NCBI GenBank assembly: GCA_937898525.1
Contig: CALCBC010000066.1
Coordinates: 31,101-95,100, forward strand
Length of the DNA stretch: 64,000 nucleotides
Reading direction: 5' to 3'
Source of the DNA: an uncultured Sphingomonadales bacterium
GTDB taxonomy: Bacteria; Pseudomonadota; Alphaproteobacteria; Sphingomonadales; Sphingomonadaceae
Part shown: positions 10,832 to 20,035 of the stretch, piece after piece
How positions within the stretch are numbered: position 1 is the first letter of the stretch
How the letters are laid out: each line of letters starts with the position of its first letter
Made by a program: the position numbers and the translations under genes
Notes under the pieces: model-generated
Told to the model about the DNA's origin: nothing
Database searches by the model: none
Seen by the model: the letters and a program-made list of their open reading frames with translations, nothing else

Positions 10832-10848
10832 ACAGGAGTCGATTCGTC

Positions 10849-11547
10849 ATGGACCTGTCCTCTTTTCCCACTGGTGGCGGACTGCCGGCTCACGCCCGCG
10901 TGCTGCGCTGGCGACCGGGTCTTGGCGGAGCACAGCACAGCGAGATCTTTGCCCCTGGCAACGAGGGCAGCGGTGCCGCCGTCGCGCTGGCACTGGCACT
11001 GGCGCTTGATGCGGCCGCGGCCGACGAGGCGCGCAGCCTACTGTGGGTGCAGGACAAGGCCGCGCTGCGGCTGACGGGGCGTCCCTACCGTCCCGGCCTG
11101 CCGGCAAGCTTGCGCTCGCGGGTGATCCACGTCGCCGCCGCCAGGCCCGAGGACGCGCTGTTCGCACTCGAGGAAGGGCTGCGCTGTCGCGACCTCGCCG
11201 GAGTGATCGGGGAGATCGCGGGTAACCCGAGAGCGCTCGATTTCACCGCCTCGCGCCGCCTCGCGCTCGCGGCGGAGCGGCATGGGACTCCTCTGTTCCT
11301 TGTCCGCCTCGACGCCGCCCGTGACCTTTCCGCAGCACGGATGCGCTGGCAGGTTCGCGCGGCGCCTTCGCCCCCGCCGCGCTGGAACGCCCAGGCCCCG
11401 GGGCGGCCCGCCTGGCGCGCCGAGCTGTTCCGCGCCCGCGTGCACCCTCCCGGCGAATGGATCCTGCATCGCGACGAGAAGACGGGTCTCATCGCGAGTG
11501 CAGCGACAGCCCCCGACCGAACGGAGGCAAGGGTAGCCGGATTGTGA
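10849..11547 (+). CDS. imuA: ImuA-like RecA-fold translesion synthesis accessory protein
   Basis: LLWVQD...PYRPGL, LFALEEGLRC, LDFTASRRLALAAE, ARMRWQV. Has a LexA box upstream and imuB downstream. Confidence 0.85.
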   Translation: MDLSSFPTGGGLPAHARVLRWRPGLGGAQHSEIFAPGNEGSGAAVALALALALDAAAADEARSLLWVQDKAALRLTGRPYRPGLPASLRSRVIHVAAARPEDALFALEEGLRCRDLAGVIGEIAGNPRALDFTASRRLALAAERHGTPLFLVRLDAARDLSAARMRWQVRAAPSPPPRWNAQAPGRPAWRAELFRARVHPPGEWILHRDEKTGLIASAATAPDRTEARVAGL

Positions 11548-13109
11548 CCCTGCGTCCCGAGCTCGCCGAGGCGCGGATCATGGCGGTCTGGTTGCCGCGG
11601 CTGGCGATCGATCGCTGGCGGCGCCTGCAAGGCTGCGCGAAGGGCGAGGGCGCCGATGCCGTGCCGCTCGCGCTGATCGCCGAGACTGCGCACGGACCGC
11701 GGATCGAGGCCGCGAACGACGCCGGCCTCGAGGCCGGGGCGCGGCCCGGCATGCGGCTGGCCGATGCGCGCACGCTGTGCCCCGCTCTGAGGGTTGCGCC
11801 GGCTGATCCCGAAGGCGACCGGACGCTGCTCGGGCGACTGGCGGTGTGGGCGCAGCGCTGGGGGCCGTGGGCGGCAGTGGACCCGCCCGACGGGTTGCTG
11901 GTCGACGTCAGGGCGGTTGCGCACCTGTTCGGCGGCGAACCGGAGCTGCTGGCCGATGCCGAGACCAGCTTCACCGCGCAGGGCTTCACCGCGCGGCTGG
12001 CGATTGCGCCAACCGCGGGGGCTGCCTGGGCACTCGCGCATCACGGGCCCGAACGGGCGATTCTCGAGCCCGGCGGGGACGTGCTGGCCCGGCTCGCCAG
12101 GCTCCCGGTAGCAGCCCTGCGGCTCGATCCCGAGGTGCTGCTGGTGCTGCGCCGGCTTGGGCTCAGGCGGATCGGCGATCTCGCCGGGATCGACCGCGAC
12201 GCGCTCAAGCGCCGCTTCCGCGATCGCGTGGCGGAAGCCAACCCGCTGCTGCGGCTCGACCAGTTGCTCGGCCGCACGCCCGAGCCGCTGCTGCCGGTGG
12301 TGGCGGTGCCGCCGGCGCTGGTTCAGCGTCGGCTGCTCGAGCCAATCCGCCATCGCGAGCCGCTCGACCGTGTCGTGGCTGATCTCGCGATAGACATGGC
12401 TCGCGAGCTGGAACGGCGCAGGGAGGGAGCGCGCCGGCTCGAGCTCGGCCTGTGGCGCGTCGATGGGGAGACGGCGTTCCGCACCCTCGAGCTTGCCGCT
12501 GCGACCCGCGAACCGGGGCACGTCGCCCGGCTGTTCGCGGCCAAGCTCGACGATCTCGAGGCGGGCTTCGGCATCGAGCTGGTGCGCCTGCGCGCCGCCT
12601 GGACCGAGCCGCTCGCGGCTGACCAGGCCGATCTTGCGGCTGCGGAGGCGCCCGGCACCTCGCTCGCCGTCTGCCTCGACCGTCTTGCCGCGCGCCTCGG
12701 ACCCGACGCGGTGCGCAGGCCGGTTCCCCGCGCCAGCCACCTGCCCGAACGGGCCCAGCGCTGGCAGCGCGCGCTCGAGCCTGAGCCGGCCTCGCAGGAG
12801 GTGCTGGAGTTCCATGCCCGGCCGCTCAAGCTGCTCGATCGCGCAGAGCCGATCGCCGTGCTCTACGCCACGCCCGATGGCTATCCGCGGCAGTTCCGCT
12901 GGCGCGGCGGCCTCCACGAAGTCGTTCGCGTCGAGGGGCCCGAGCGGATCGCTCCCGAATGGTGGCGGGAAAGGGGCAGTACGCGGCTGCGCGACTACTA
13001 CCGGATCGAGGATCGCGAAGGCCGTCGCTACTGGATCTACCGCGCCGGCCTGATCGGCGACGGCCGCGGCGGGATCCCCGACTGGTTCCTGCAGGGATTG
13101 TGCGGCTGA
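11544..13109 (+). CDS. imuB: ImuB, catalytically inactive Y-family DNA polymerase
   Basis: GARPGMRLADARTLCP, DPPDGLLVD, AIAPTAGAAWALA, and C-terminal GPERIAPEWW...RDYYRIED...WIYR. GTG start at 11544 overlaps the imuA stop. Confidence 0.88.
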   Translation: MTLRPELAEARIMAVWLPRLAIDRWRRLQGCAKGEGADAVPLALIAETAHGPRIEAANDAGLEAGARPGMRLADARTLCPALRVAPADPEGDRTLLGRLAVWAQRWGPWAAVDPPDGLLVDVRAVAHLFGGEPELLADAETSFTAQGFTARLAIAPTAGAAWALAHHGPERAILEPGGDVLARLARLPVAALRLDPEVLLVLRRLGLRRIGDLAGIDRDALKRRFRDRVAEANPLLRLDQLLGRTPEPLLPVVAVPPALVQRRLLEPIRHREPLDRVVADLAIDMARELERRREGARRLELGLWRVDGETAFRTLELAAATREPGHVARLFAAKLDDLEAGFGIELVRLRAAWTEPLAADQADLAAAEAPGTSLAVCLDRLAARLGPDAVRRPVPRASHLPERAQRWQRALEPEPASQEVLEFHARPLKLLDRAEPIAVLYATPDGYPRQFRWRGGLHEVVRVEGPERIAPEWWRERGSTRLRDYYRIEDREGRRYWIYRAGLIGDGRGGIPDWFLQGLCG

Positions 13110-13113
13110 GCCG

Positions 13114-13641
13114 CTACCGTTCGCGCAGCCGCGGCATCAGCTCGACGAAGTTGCAGGGCCGGTTGCGGCTGTCGAGCTGCTCGGCGAGAATCCGGTCCCA
13201 GCCGTCCTTCACCGCGCCATTCGAGCCCGGCAGCGCGAAGATGTAAGTCCCCCGCGCAACCACCGCGCAGGCGCGGGACTGGACGGTGCTGGTGCCGATG
13301 GTCTGGTAGCTGATCCAGCGGAACAGCTCGCCGAAACCCTCGATGTCCTTGTCCTTGACCCGGTCGAGCGCTTCCGGCGTCACGTCGCGGCCGGTGAGCC
13401 CGGTGCCGCCGGTCGAGATCACCGCGTCGATCGCCGGATCGTCGATCCAGTTGTTGAGCCGCCGCGTGATCGCTTCGACGTCGTCCTTTTCGATCGCCCG
13501 GGCCGCGAGACGGTGCCCGGCGGCCGTGATGCGCTCGGCGAGAATGTCGCCCGAGGTATCCTCGTCCGGGCCGCGCGTGTCGGATACCGTGAGGAGGGCG
13601 ATCGCGATCGGCTTGAACTCGCGGCTTTCGTCGATCGCCAT
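13114..13641 (-). CDS. moaB: Molybdenum cofactor biosynthesis protein B
   Basis: LTVSDTR...DTSG, STGGTGLTGRDVTPEA, GFGELFR, QSRA, LPGS. Confidence 0.95.
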   Translation of the reverse strand: MAIDESREFKPIAIALLTVSDTRGPDEDTSGDILAERITAAGHRLAARAIEKDDVEAITRRLNNWIDDPAIDAVISTGGTGLTGRDVTPEALDRVKDKDIEGFGELFRWISYQTIGTSTVQSRACAVVARGTYIFALPGSNGAVKDGWDRILAEQLDSRNRPCNFVELMPRLRER

Positions 13642-15395
13642 CAGTCCGCCTCGGCCGAGAGATAGACGCGCCCGCTGCCGGCTTCGTCAGCGGAGGGAAA
13701 GGCCGGCCAGGCGTTCTGGGCCAGCGCCGTCCGGCTTGGCGAGGCAGCACGCGCCTGCCGCTCGTACATCCAGTAATTGCGCATCACGATCGCCACGTAG
13801 CCGCGCGTTTCCCAATAGGGAATCGATTCCATCCACAGCAGCGGGTCGCCCTGGTCGTTGATCTCGTAGTTCCAGCGCGTGACGGGGGTCAGCCCGGCGT
13901 TGTAGGCGGCCATGATCTTGGGAAGAGCACCGCCTGTCGCGGGGCTGTCGCGCAACATCTCGAGATTCTGCTGGCCGAACGCGAGGTTCACCGCCGGGTC
14001 GAAGATGTCGACCTGGCTCGCGCTCATGCCGAGCCGCGGCGCGTGCTCGCGCACGGTGATCGGGGTGATCTGCATGAGCCCCTGTGCCCGTGCCGGGCTG
14101 ACCGCCTCGGCGCGGAAGTTCGATTCCTGCAGTGCGTGGGCGAAGGCGAGCGCGGGATCGACGCGCCAGCCGTTGACCGGAGTCCACTTGGGAGCCGGGT
14201 ATTGCGAGGCCGGGTCGGCCCTCCCGCCGCTCGGCGCGTTGTGAGCCATGTAAAGCTGGGTCGACGGCAGCCCGAGATCACGCGCAAGTCGCGAAAGCGC
14301 GTCGTAGTCGCCCGGATCGCCGATCCGTGCCTGGTGCAGCAGGACTTCGCTCGACAGCTTGTCGCGGCCGATCTCGGCCAGTGCGATCGCGACGCGGACG
14401 TTGTTGTGGCCGCCGATGCGGCGCCAGTCCTCGCGAGAGAAGTCGGCATTGGCCACGCGCGGGGGCAGGGCAACTCCGAGCTGCTCGGCGGCGAGCATTC
14501 CGTAGAGCGTGTCGTCCGCCTGCGCTGCCGCGCGCAGGAATGCGGTGCTGCGCTGCGGATCGCGGCAGCGCAGCGCGGCGCGGCTCGCCCAGTACTGCGC
14601 CGCCGAGCGCAGCTCGGGGTTGGCCGCGCCGTAGGCCGCGCGCTCGAACGCCTGCCCGGCCTGGTTGCAATCGCCGAGGCGCCAGGCGGCGAGCCCCATC
14701 GCCCAGTCACCCTCGGCCACCCACGGCCCGCTCCCGGCGGAAACGGTCGCCGCCATCACCAGCGCCTGGGCGTCCATGTTCTCGATGTAATAGCTCCACG
14801 CGACGCGCTGGCGCCATTCGGCGCGCGCCTCGGGGCTCAGTGCAGCGTCGATCCCGTCAAGCAGCACACGCGCGCCGTCGGGGTCGTCGGCGTCGATTCG
14901 TTCGAGGATCGCCTGACGCACCGTGGCCGGCATCGTGCCGTCGTCGATCGAGCGCGGGCGAGCCCGCTTGGGGATGCTGCCGGTCGAATAGAATTCGCGC
15001 GCATAGGGCAGGTCGGGCGCCTGCGTCGCCCCGCGGCTCAGCGCGAGGCGGGCGAGCCGCTGGGCCTGCGGCAGCTCGCGCCCGGTCGCCATCCAGGCTT
15101 CGATCTGCGGCAGCTCGACTCTCGGCGAGCCGGCCGCGAGATAGAGTTCGGCGCGGGCCACCGGATGCAGCAGCCCATCGCCGCGCTGCGCCAGCAGCGA
15201 AGCGGCCCCGTCCCAGTCCTTCCGGTCGATCGCCGCGAACACGGCGGCGTAGTATTCGCGATCCTGCTGCGAAAGCTGCTGCGGTGCTTCGTTGCGCGCC
15301 GTCCGGGCGACGAAGTATTCGCGCGCGGTCTGCGCTGCTGACGGGGTGGCGGTGAGGACGGCGAGCGTCGCCAGCGACGCGAGAACAGCTTTCAT
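13641..15395 (-). CDS. Soluble lytic transglycosylase (SLT domain) protein
   Basis: Signal peptide MKAVLASLATLAVLTATPSAA. C-terminal SLT motifs QESNF, ARAQGLMQITP, AAYNAG, PYWETRGYV. ATG 15395 overlaps the upstream gene's stop (ATGA). Confidence 0.9.
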   Translation of the reverse strand: MKAVLASLATLAVLTATPSAAQTAREYFVARTARNEAPQQLSQQDREYYAAVFAAIDRKDWDGAASLLAQRGDGLLHPVARAELYLAAGSPRVELPQIEAWMATGRELPQAQRLARLALSRGATQAPDLPYAREFYSTGSIPKRARPRSIDDGTMPATVRQAILERIDADDPDGARVLLDGIDAALSPEARAEWRQRVAWSYYIENMDAQALVMAATVSAGSGPWVAEGDWAMGLAAWRLGDCNQAGQAFERAAYGAANPELRSAAQYWASRAALRCRDPQRSTAFLRAAAQADDTLYGMLAAEQLGVALPPRVANADFSREDWRRIGGHNNVRVAIALAEIGRDKLSSEVLLHQARIGDPGDYDALSRLARDLGLPSTQLYMAHNAPSGGRADPASQYPAPKWTPVNGWRVDPALAFAHALQESNFRAEAVSPARAQGLMQITPITVREHAPRLGMSASQVDIFDPAVNLAFGQQNLEMLRDSPATGGALPKIMAAYNAGLTPVTRWNYEINDQGDPLLWMESIPYWETRGYVAIVMRNYWMYERQARAASPSRTALAQNAWPAFPSADEAGSGRVYLSAEAD

Positions 15396-16147
15396 GCGCT
15401 TTCGTCGTTCGTCCATTCCAGCCACCGTCGCCACAGAGCAGCGCGGTCCCGAGAGCTCTTGAGCAGGGCCTCCGCCGCATAAGTCCACAGCAGCGGCACT
15501 GGGCGGCCTTGAATCGCCAATTCGCTAACGGCGGGAGCGAGTTGCGCCGGACTGTGCCCCAGCAGCGGCAGGATGCCGCGACCGAACACGATCAGGCGCC
15601 GCGGTTGCACGAGCGCGAGCAGGTGCTGCAGCACGTCACCGTATCCCCTGGCCGACAGCCCTTCCCAGTCGGGCAGCGGAGTGTGCCGGGGAAGCGCCGA
15701 GGCGAGCGCGATCGCACCTCGTGTAATGCCTGCGGCCTGCACGAACCCGTTCAGAAGCCGCCCTTGGGGGCCCTCCAGAAGGCTGTCGCGATCGTCGGCT
15801 TCGGGCATCGTCACCAGCAGCATGAGTTCCGCTTCGGGCTCGCCGCGCGGCGCGATTCGCGGATAGAGGCCACCCTCGTCGAGGCTAGGCTCGGTGAGCC
15901 ACCATTCCCGGAAGGCAGCGAGATCGCCGGGCCAGGTCGATCGGTCTCCGCCGATGGGCGGCCGCTCGGGCGGTCGGGGCGTTGCCGGCGGCGCCGCGAC
16001 GGGCGCGGTCGGCTCCGGCGACGGTGCTTCGTCCGCCAGCCAGGGAGTCGGCTCGTCGCGATAGGCGTAGTCGACGCCTGCCTCGCGCCACCACTCCTGC
16101 GCGGCAGCCAGGCTCTCGGCGAGCGTCGGGGCGGGGCGGGGGTTCAT
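15392..16147 (-). CDS. Uracil-DNA glycosylase-like protein with degenerate catalytic motifs
   Basis: N-terminus EWWREAGVD and a UDG-fold-like core (GEPEAELMLLV, GPQGRLLNGFVQAAG). Start moved to ATG 16147 because the ORF-track extension overlaps ETF-QO. Confidence 0.65.
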   Translation of the reverse strand: MNPRPAPTLAESLAAAQEWWREAGVDYAYRDEPTPWLADEAPSPEPTAPVAAPPATPRPPERPPIGGDRSTWPGDLAAFREWWLTEPSLDEGGLYPRIAPRGEPEAELMLLVTMPEADDRDSLLEGPQGRLLNGFVQAAGITRGAIALASALPRHTPLPDWEGLSARGYGDVLQHLLALVQPRRLIVFGRGILPLLGHSPAQLAPAVSELAIQGRPVPLLWTYAAEALLKSSRDRAALWRRWLEWTNDESA

Positions 16148-16226
16148 GCGTGGGAGCAGGTCTTGACCTCTCGCCGGGCAGCGATCAAGCCCGCGCGATG
16201 CACGCGCCCCCGCGAGGATCTCGGCC

Positions 16227-17870
16227 ATGAGCGAACGCGAATCGATGCCGGTCGACGTCGTGATCGTCGGCGCGGGCCCGGCCGGGCTCGCCGCGGCGGT
16301 CCGTCTCAAGCAGCTCGATCCCGCGCTGGAGGTCGTCGTGCTCGAGAAGGGCTCGGAGGTCGGCGCGCATATCCTCTCGGGCGCGGTGATCGACCCGCGC
16401 GCGCTCGACGAGCTGCTGCCCGACTGGCGCGAGGAATGCCCGCTCGCCGAAGTCCCGGTGACGGAGAACCACCACTGGGTGCTGACCCGCTCGGGCAAGT
16501 GGGAGATGCCCGAACTGCTGCTGCCGCCGCTGATGTCCAATCGCGGCTGCTTCACCGGATCGCTCGGCAACCTGTGCCGCTGGCTTGCGGAGCGCGCCGA
16601 AGCGCTCGGCGTGCAGGTGTTTCCGGGCTTCCCGGCGAGCGAGGTGCTGTTCGACGGCGAGGGTGCGGTGATCGGCGTCGCCACGCAGGACATGGGCGTC
16701 GCCGCCGACGGCTCGCACAAGCCCGACTACCAGCCCGGCATCGAGCTCCATGCCAGGTACGCGCTGTTCGCGGAGGGCGCGCGCGGGCACCTGACCAAAC
16801 GGCTCAAGGCCCGTTTCGGGCTCGATGCCGACTGCCAGCCCCAGGTCTACGGCCTGGGAATCAAGGAACTGTGGGACGTTGACCCCGCCAGACACGAGCC
16901 TGGAAAGGTGATCCACACCCAGGGCTGGCCGCTCGCCGAGCGCGACGCGTGGGGCGGAGGGTTCCTCTACCACCAGGCGAACGGCCAGGTCGCGCTCGGC
17001 TTCGTGACCGGGCTCGACTACGCCAACCCGTGGATCAGTCCGTTCGAGGAATTCCAGCGCTGGAAGCGCCATCCGGCGATTCGCGAGGTGCTCGAGGGTG
17101 GCCGCCGCGTCGCCTACGGAGCGCGGGCGATCAACGAGGGCGGCTGGCAAAGCGTGCCCCGGCTGGCCTTTCCGGGCGGCGCGCTGATCGGCTGCGCCGC
17201 GGGGTTCGTCAACGTACCTCGGATCAAGGGCAGCCACACCGCGATGAAGAGCGGCATGCTTGCCGCGGAGGCCGTCGCCGCCGCGATCGCCGCCGGACGC
17301 GCGAACGACGAGCTGGCCGAATACGATGCTGCCGTTCGGACGAGCTGGATCGCCGACGAACTGAAGCTGGTCCGCAATGCGCAGCCACTGGTCGCCCGGT
17401 TCGGCGGTGCGCTCGGCACGTTGCTGGCCGGCATCGACATGTGGCTGCGCACGCTCAAGGTGCGGCTGCCGGTCACGCTCGGCCATCATACCGACGCCGA
17501 ATCGACGCGGCGGGCGGACCTCTACGAGCCGATCGTGTACCCGAAGCCTGACGGGCTGGTCAGCTTCGACCGGCTTTCGTCGGTCTTCCTCTCGGGCACC
17601 AATCACGAAGAGGACCAGCCGTGCCACCTGCAGCTCAAGGACCCGGCGGTCCCGCTGAAGGTCAACTGGCCGCTCTACGCCGGGCCTGAGCGCCTCTATT
17701 GCCCGGCTGCGGTCTACGAGTGGGTCGGTGTCGAGGAGGGGAATCCGCGCCTGGTGATCAACGCGCAGAACTGCGTCCACTGCAAGACCTGCGACATCAA
17801 GGATCCGCCGCAGAACATCGAATGGGTGACGCCCGAGGGGGGCGGCGGACCGAACTATCCCAACATGTGA
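16227..17870 (+). CDS. Electron transfer flavoprotein-ubiquinone oxidoreductase
   Basis: GAGPAG FAD motif, EVGAHILSGA, PRIKGSHTAMKSG, C-terminal CPAAVYE and NCVHCKTCDIKD Fe-S motif. Confidence 0.96.
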   Translation: MSERESMPVDVVIVGAGPAGLAAAVRLKQLDPALEVVVLEKGSEVGAHILSGAVIDPRALDELLPDWREECPLAEVPVTENHHWVLTRSGKWEMPELLLPPLMSNRGCFTGSLGNLCRWLAERAEALGVQVFPGFPASEVLFDGEGAVIGVATQDMGVAADGSHKPDYQPGIELHARYALFAEGARGHLTKRLKARFGLDADCQPQVYGLGIKELWDVDPARHEPGKVIHTQGWPLAERDAWGGGFLYHQANGQVALGFVTGLDYANPWISPFEEFQRWKRHPAIREVLEGGRRVAYGARAINEGGWQSVPRLAFPGGALIGCAAGFVNVPRIKGSHTAMKSGMLAAEAVAAAIAAGRANDELAEYDAAVRTSWIADELKLVRNAQPLVARFGGALGTLLAGIDMWLRTLKVRLPVTLGHHTDAESTRRADLYEPIVYPKPDGLVSFDRLSSVFLSGTNHEEDQPCHLQLKDPAVPLKVNWPLYAGPERLYCPAAVYEWVGVEEGNPRLVINAQNCVHCKTCDIKDPPQNIEWVTPEGGGGPNYPNM

Positions 17871-17886
17871 ACGGGCCCGGCTGTCC

Positions 17887-18183
17887 CTAGGACGTGCCGA
17901 CGACGATCGAGACCGCGCCGTCCGGAGCGATCTCGACGCGGTAATTGGTCAGCCCGGCCTGCTGCGCGGCCTTGATCGCCCGCTCCGCGTCGCGTTGCCG
18001 CCAGTCCGACCTGCCGCGAGGCGGGTCCTCAACGGGCCGCAAGGCCTCCGCGTCGGGAATGATCGCAAAGCCCGAAAGCGGCGCTGCGGGCGCCTCGACC
18101 GTCCGGTCGCACAGGAACTGCGCACGAATCTGGATCGGGGATTTGCCCCCATCACGTCGTGAAGCACGGGTCGCGATGACCAA
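17887..18183 (-). CDS. Small hypothetical protein, copy 1 (paralog of 20036-20365)
   Basis: Aligns along its length with 20036-20365 (ATR, AQFL, SGFAI, RAI.AA, LT.YRVEIAPDG..SIVVG). AGGGGG RBS 5 nt before a TTG start. Confidence 0.7.
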   Translation of the reverse strand: MVIATRASRRDGGKSPIQIRAQFLCDRTVEAPAAPLSGFAIIPDAEALRPVEDPPRGRSDWRQRDAERAIKAAQQAGLTNYRVEIAPDGAVSIVVGTS

Positions 18184-18300
18184 CCCATCCCCCTAGTTGG
18201 CCATAATCCGCTGGTTTAGCCGGCGCGATCAGGCTGCCTCTCCTGAAGCCGAGTATGAGCGCGTGGCGGCGGACCGCAAGCCGGAATCGTGCCTGTCCGC

Positions 18301-18349
18301 GACAATTTTCACGTCGGCGAGACAAATTGCTACACTTTGACCATTGCGG
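18301..18349 (+). promoter_or_regulatory. Conserved promoter/operator block upstream of sulfotransferase 1
   Basis: GACAATTT-N12-GACAAATT followed by GCTACACT (-10-like). The 31-mer 18319-18349 matches 20501-20531 at 28/31 positions. Confidence 0.65.
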
Positions 18350-18408
18350 TCGCCCGCAGCATCCCCTCTCAGGGATGCCGGAACGGTAGGAAAATCACGG
18401 TTTTGCGA

Positions 18409-19908
18409 GTGTCCAGATCCTCAGGGACGGACGTCACGCCCGGCCCGGATCTGGCCGCGGCAGTGGCCCTGACAGACCGGCTCCAGCGTGCGCTGGGGCA
18501 GGGTGATCGTGCCAGCATTGTCGCCTGCCTGAGCGAGCTCGTCGAAATCCGCGCCCCCATGGGCCCGCAGTGGCAGCAGCTTGCCTGCATCGCCGCCGAT
18601 CACGGCGAGCTCGGACTGTCGCGCGATGCGATGGCCCTCTACGTCGAGGCGACCGGCAACGACCCGCGGGCCCGTTACCAGCAGGCGGCACTTCTCGCCC
18701 AGGGCGGGGCTCTCAGGCAGGCCTATGCCATTCTCCGGGATCTGCCCGAAGACGTCCCCGATCCCGCAGCCAACGCCTACAGTCGCGGTGCAGCGGCGCT
18801 GTTCCTCGGCGAGACGGACGAGGCGCGTGAACGGCTCGAGCGCGCAGCGCACCTGCGTCCCGATCTCGGGCACGCCTGGTTGCCGCTGTCGACACTGGTG
18901 GATTTCGCCCGCGAGCCGCGGATGATGGAGTGGATCGTCGAGGTCGGCCGGGCGATGGAAGCCGCGCCACCGGCCACGCGGGCGGTCTACTTCTACGCCC
19001 TGGGGAAGGCCTACGCCGACCTTGGCGAAACTGCGCAGGCCTTCGCGGCCTTCGCTCGAGGCGCCGAGATCAAGCGCGCCGAAGGCGGGTACGATGCCGC
19101 GCGCGACGCTGCCGATGCGGCCGAGGCCGTTCGCGGCTACGATGCTCGGGCCATAGAGTCCATTGCGCGTGCACAGACCGAGCCGACCGGCCGGACAATC
19201 TTCGTCACCGGCCTGCCGCGATCGGGCACGACGCTGGTCGAGCAGATCCTTACGAGTCATAGCGAGGTCAGCGACGGGGGCGAGATCAATCGGTTGCGCA
19301 TGCTCGCGCGCGAAATCGGCGGCACGTCGCGGCCGGCGCTGGCCAGATATCTCGAATCTCGCGGTCCCGACGAGGCGGCGCAGGTCTGGAACCACTGGCT
19401 CGCCGAGCGCTTCCCGGGAGGCGGCCGCATCGTCGACAAATCTACCGACACCAGCCGCTATCTCGGCCTCGCCGCTGCGCTGTTGCCCGAAGCGCCGATC
19501 GTCTGGCTCAAGCGCGATCCGCTCGACTGCGCGTGGTCCTGCTTCAGGACGCATTTCCTCGCCGGCGTATCGTGGAGTTACGACCTGGCCGACATCGCCC
19601 ATCACTTCAGGCTCGAGGACGAGCTGCTGGCCCGCTGGCAGGACATTCTCGGCGATCGCGTGCTGGTCGTACCTTACGAGGGCCTCGTCGCCGATTCGGC
19701 CGGCTGGATCCGCCGCATCCTCGCGCATTGCCAGCTGAGCGAAGAGCCGGAAGCGTTCTCGCCGCACGAGAACCGCCGCGCGGTGACCACGTCGAGCGTC
19801 ATGCAGGTCCGCCGGCCGATCAACCGCGCCGCGGTCGGCGCCGCCGAGCCGTATCGCGCGTTTCTCCAGCCCTTCGTCGACGCTTACGCCGACCTGGTGC
19901 AAGCATGA
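18409..19908 (+). CDS. TPR-domain sulfotransferase, copy 1
   Basis: N-terminal TPR-like helices, 5'-PAPS-binding IFVTGLPRSGTTLVEQIL, 3'-binding WLKRDPLDCAWSCF, SSVMQVRRPIN. GTG start inferred from alignment with copy 2. Confidence 0.88.
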   Translation: MSRSSGTDVTPGPDLAAAVALTDRLQRALGQGDRASIVACLSELVEIRAPMGPQWQQLACIAADHGELGLSRDAMALYVEATGNDPRARYQQAALLAQGGALRQAYAILRDLPEDVPDPAANAYSRGAAALFLGETDEARERLERAAHLRPDLGHAWLPLSTLVDFAREPRMMEWIVEVGRAMEAAPPATRAVYFYALGKAYADLGETAQAFAAFARGAEIKRAEGGYDAARDAADAAEAVRGYDARAIESIARAQTEPTGRTIFVTGLPRSGTTLVEQILTSHSEVSDGGEINRLRMLAREIGGTSRPALARYLESRGPDEAAQVWNHWLAERFPGGGRIVDKSTDTSRYLGLAAALLPEAPIVWLKRDPLDCAWSCFRTHFLAGVSWSYDLADIAHHFRLEDELLARWQDILGDRVLVVPYEGLVADSAGWIRRILAHCQLSEEPEAFSPHENRRAVTTSSVMQVRRPINRAAVGAAEPYRAFLQPFVDAYADLVQA

Positions 19909-20035
19909 CATCGTTGGTGAGGAACAAGTCCGGCGATCGGTACTGACCCGCGCGGATCGCGGCAAACGGCGTTCCCCGACGAGTTTCAGGTCCATCCCCC
20001 CGACGGAGGAGGGCGTCTTCCGGCAAGGACGCGGG

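Noticed and set aside
19905-19946. 13-aa micro-ORF MTSLVRNKSGDRY coupled (ATGA) to the stop of sulfotransferase 1, considered as a Tyr-sulfation peptide
   Set aside because: No counterpart follows copy 2, it lacks the acidic Asp-Tyr context, and it is short enough to occur by chance.
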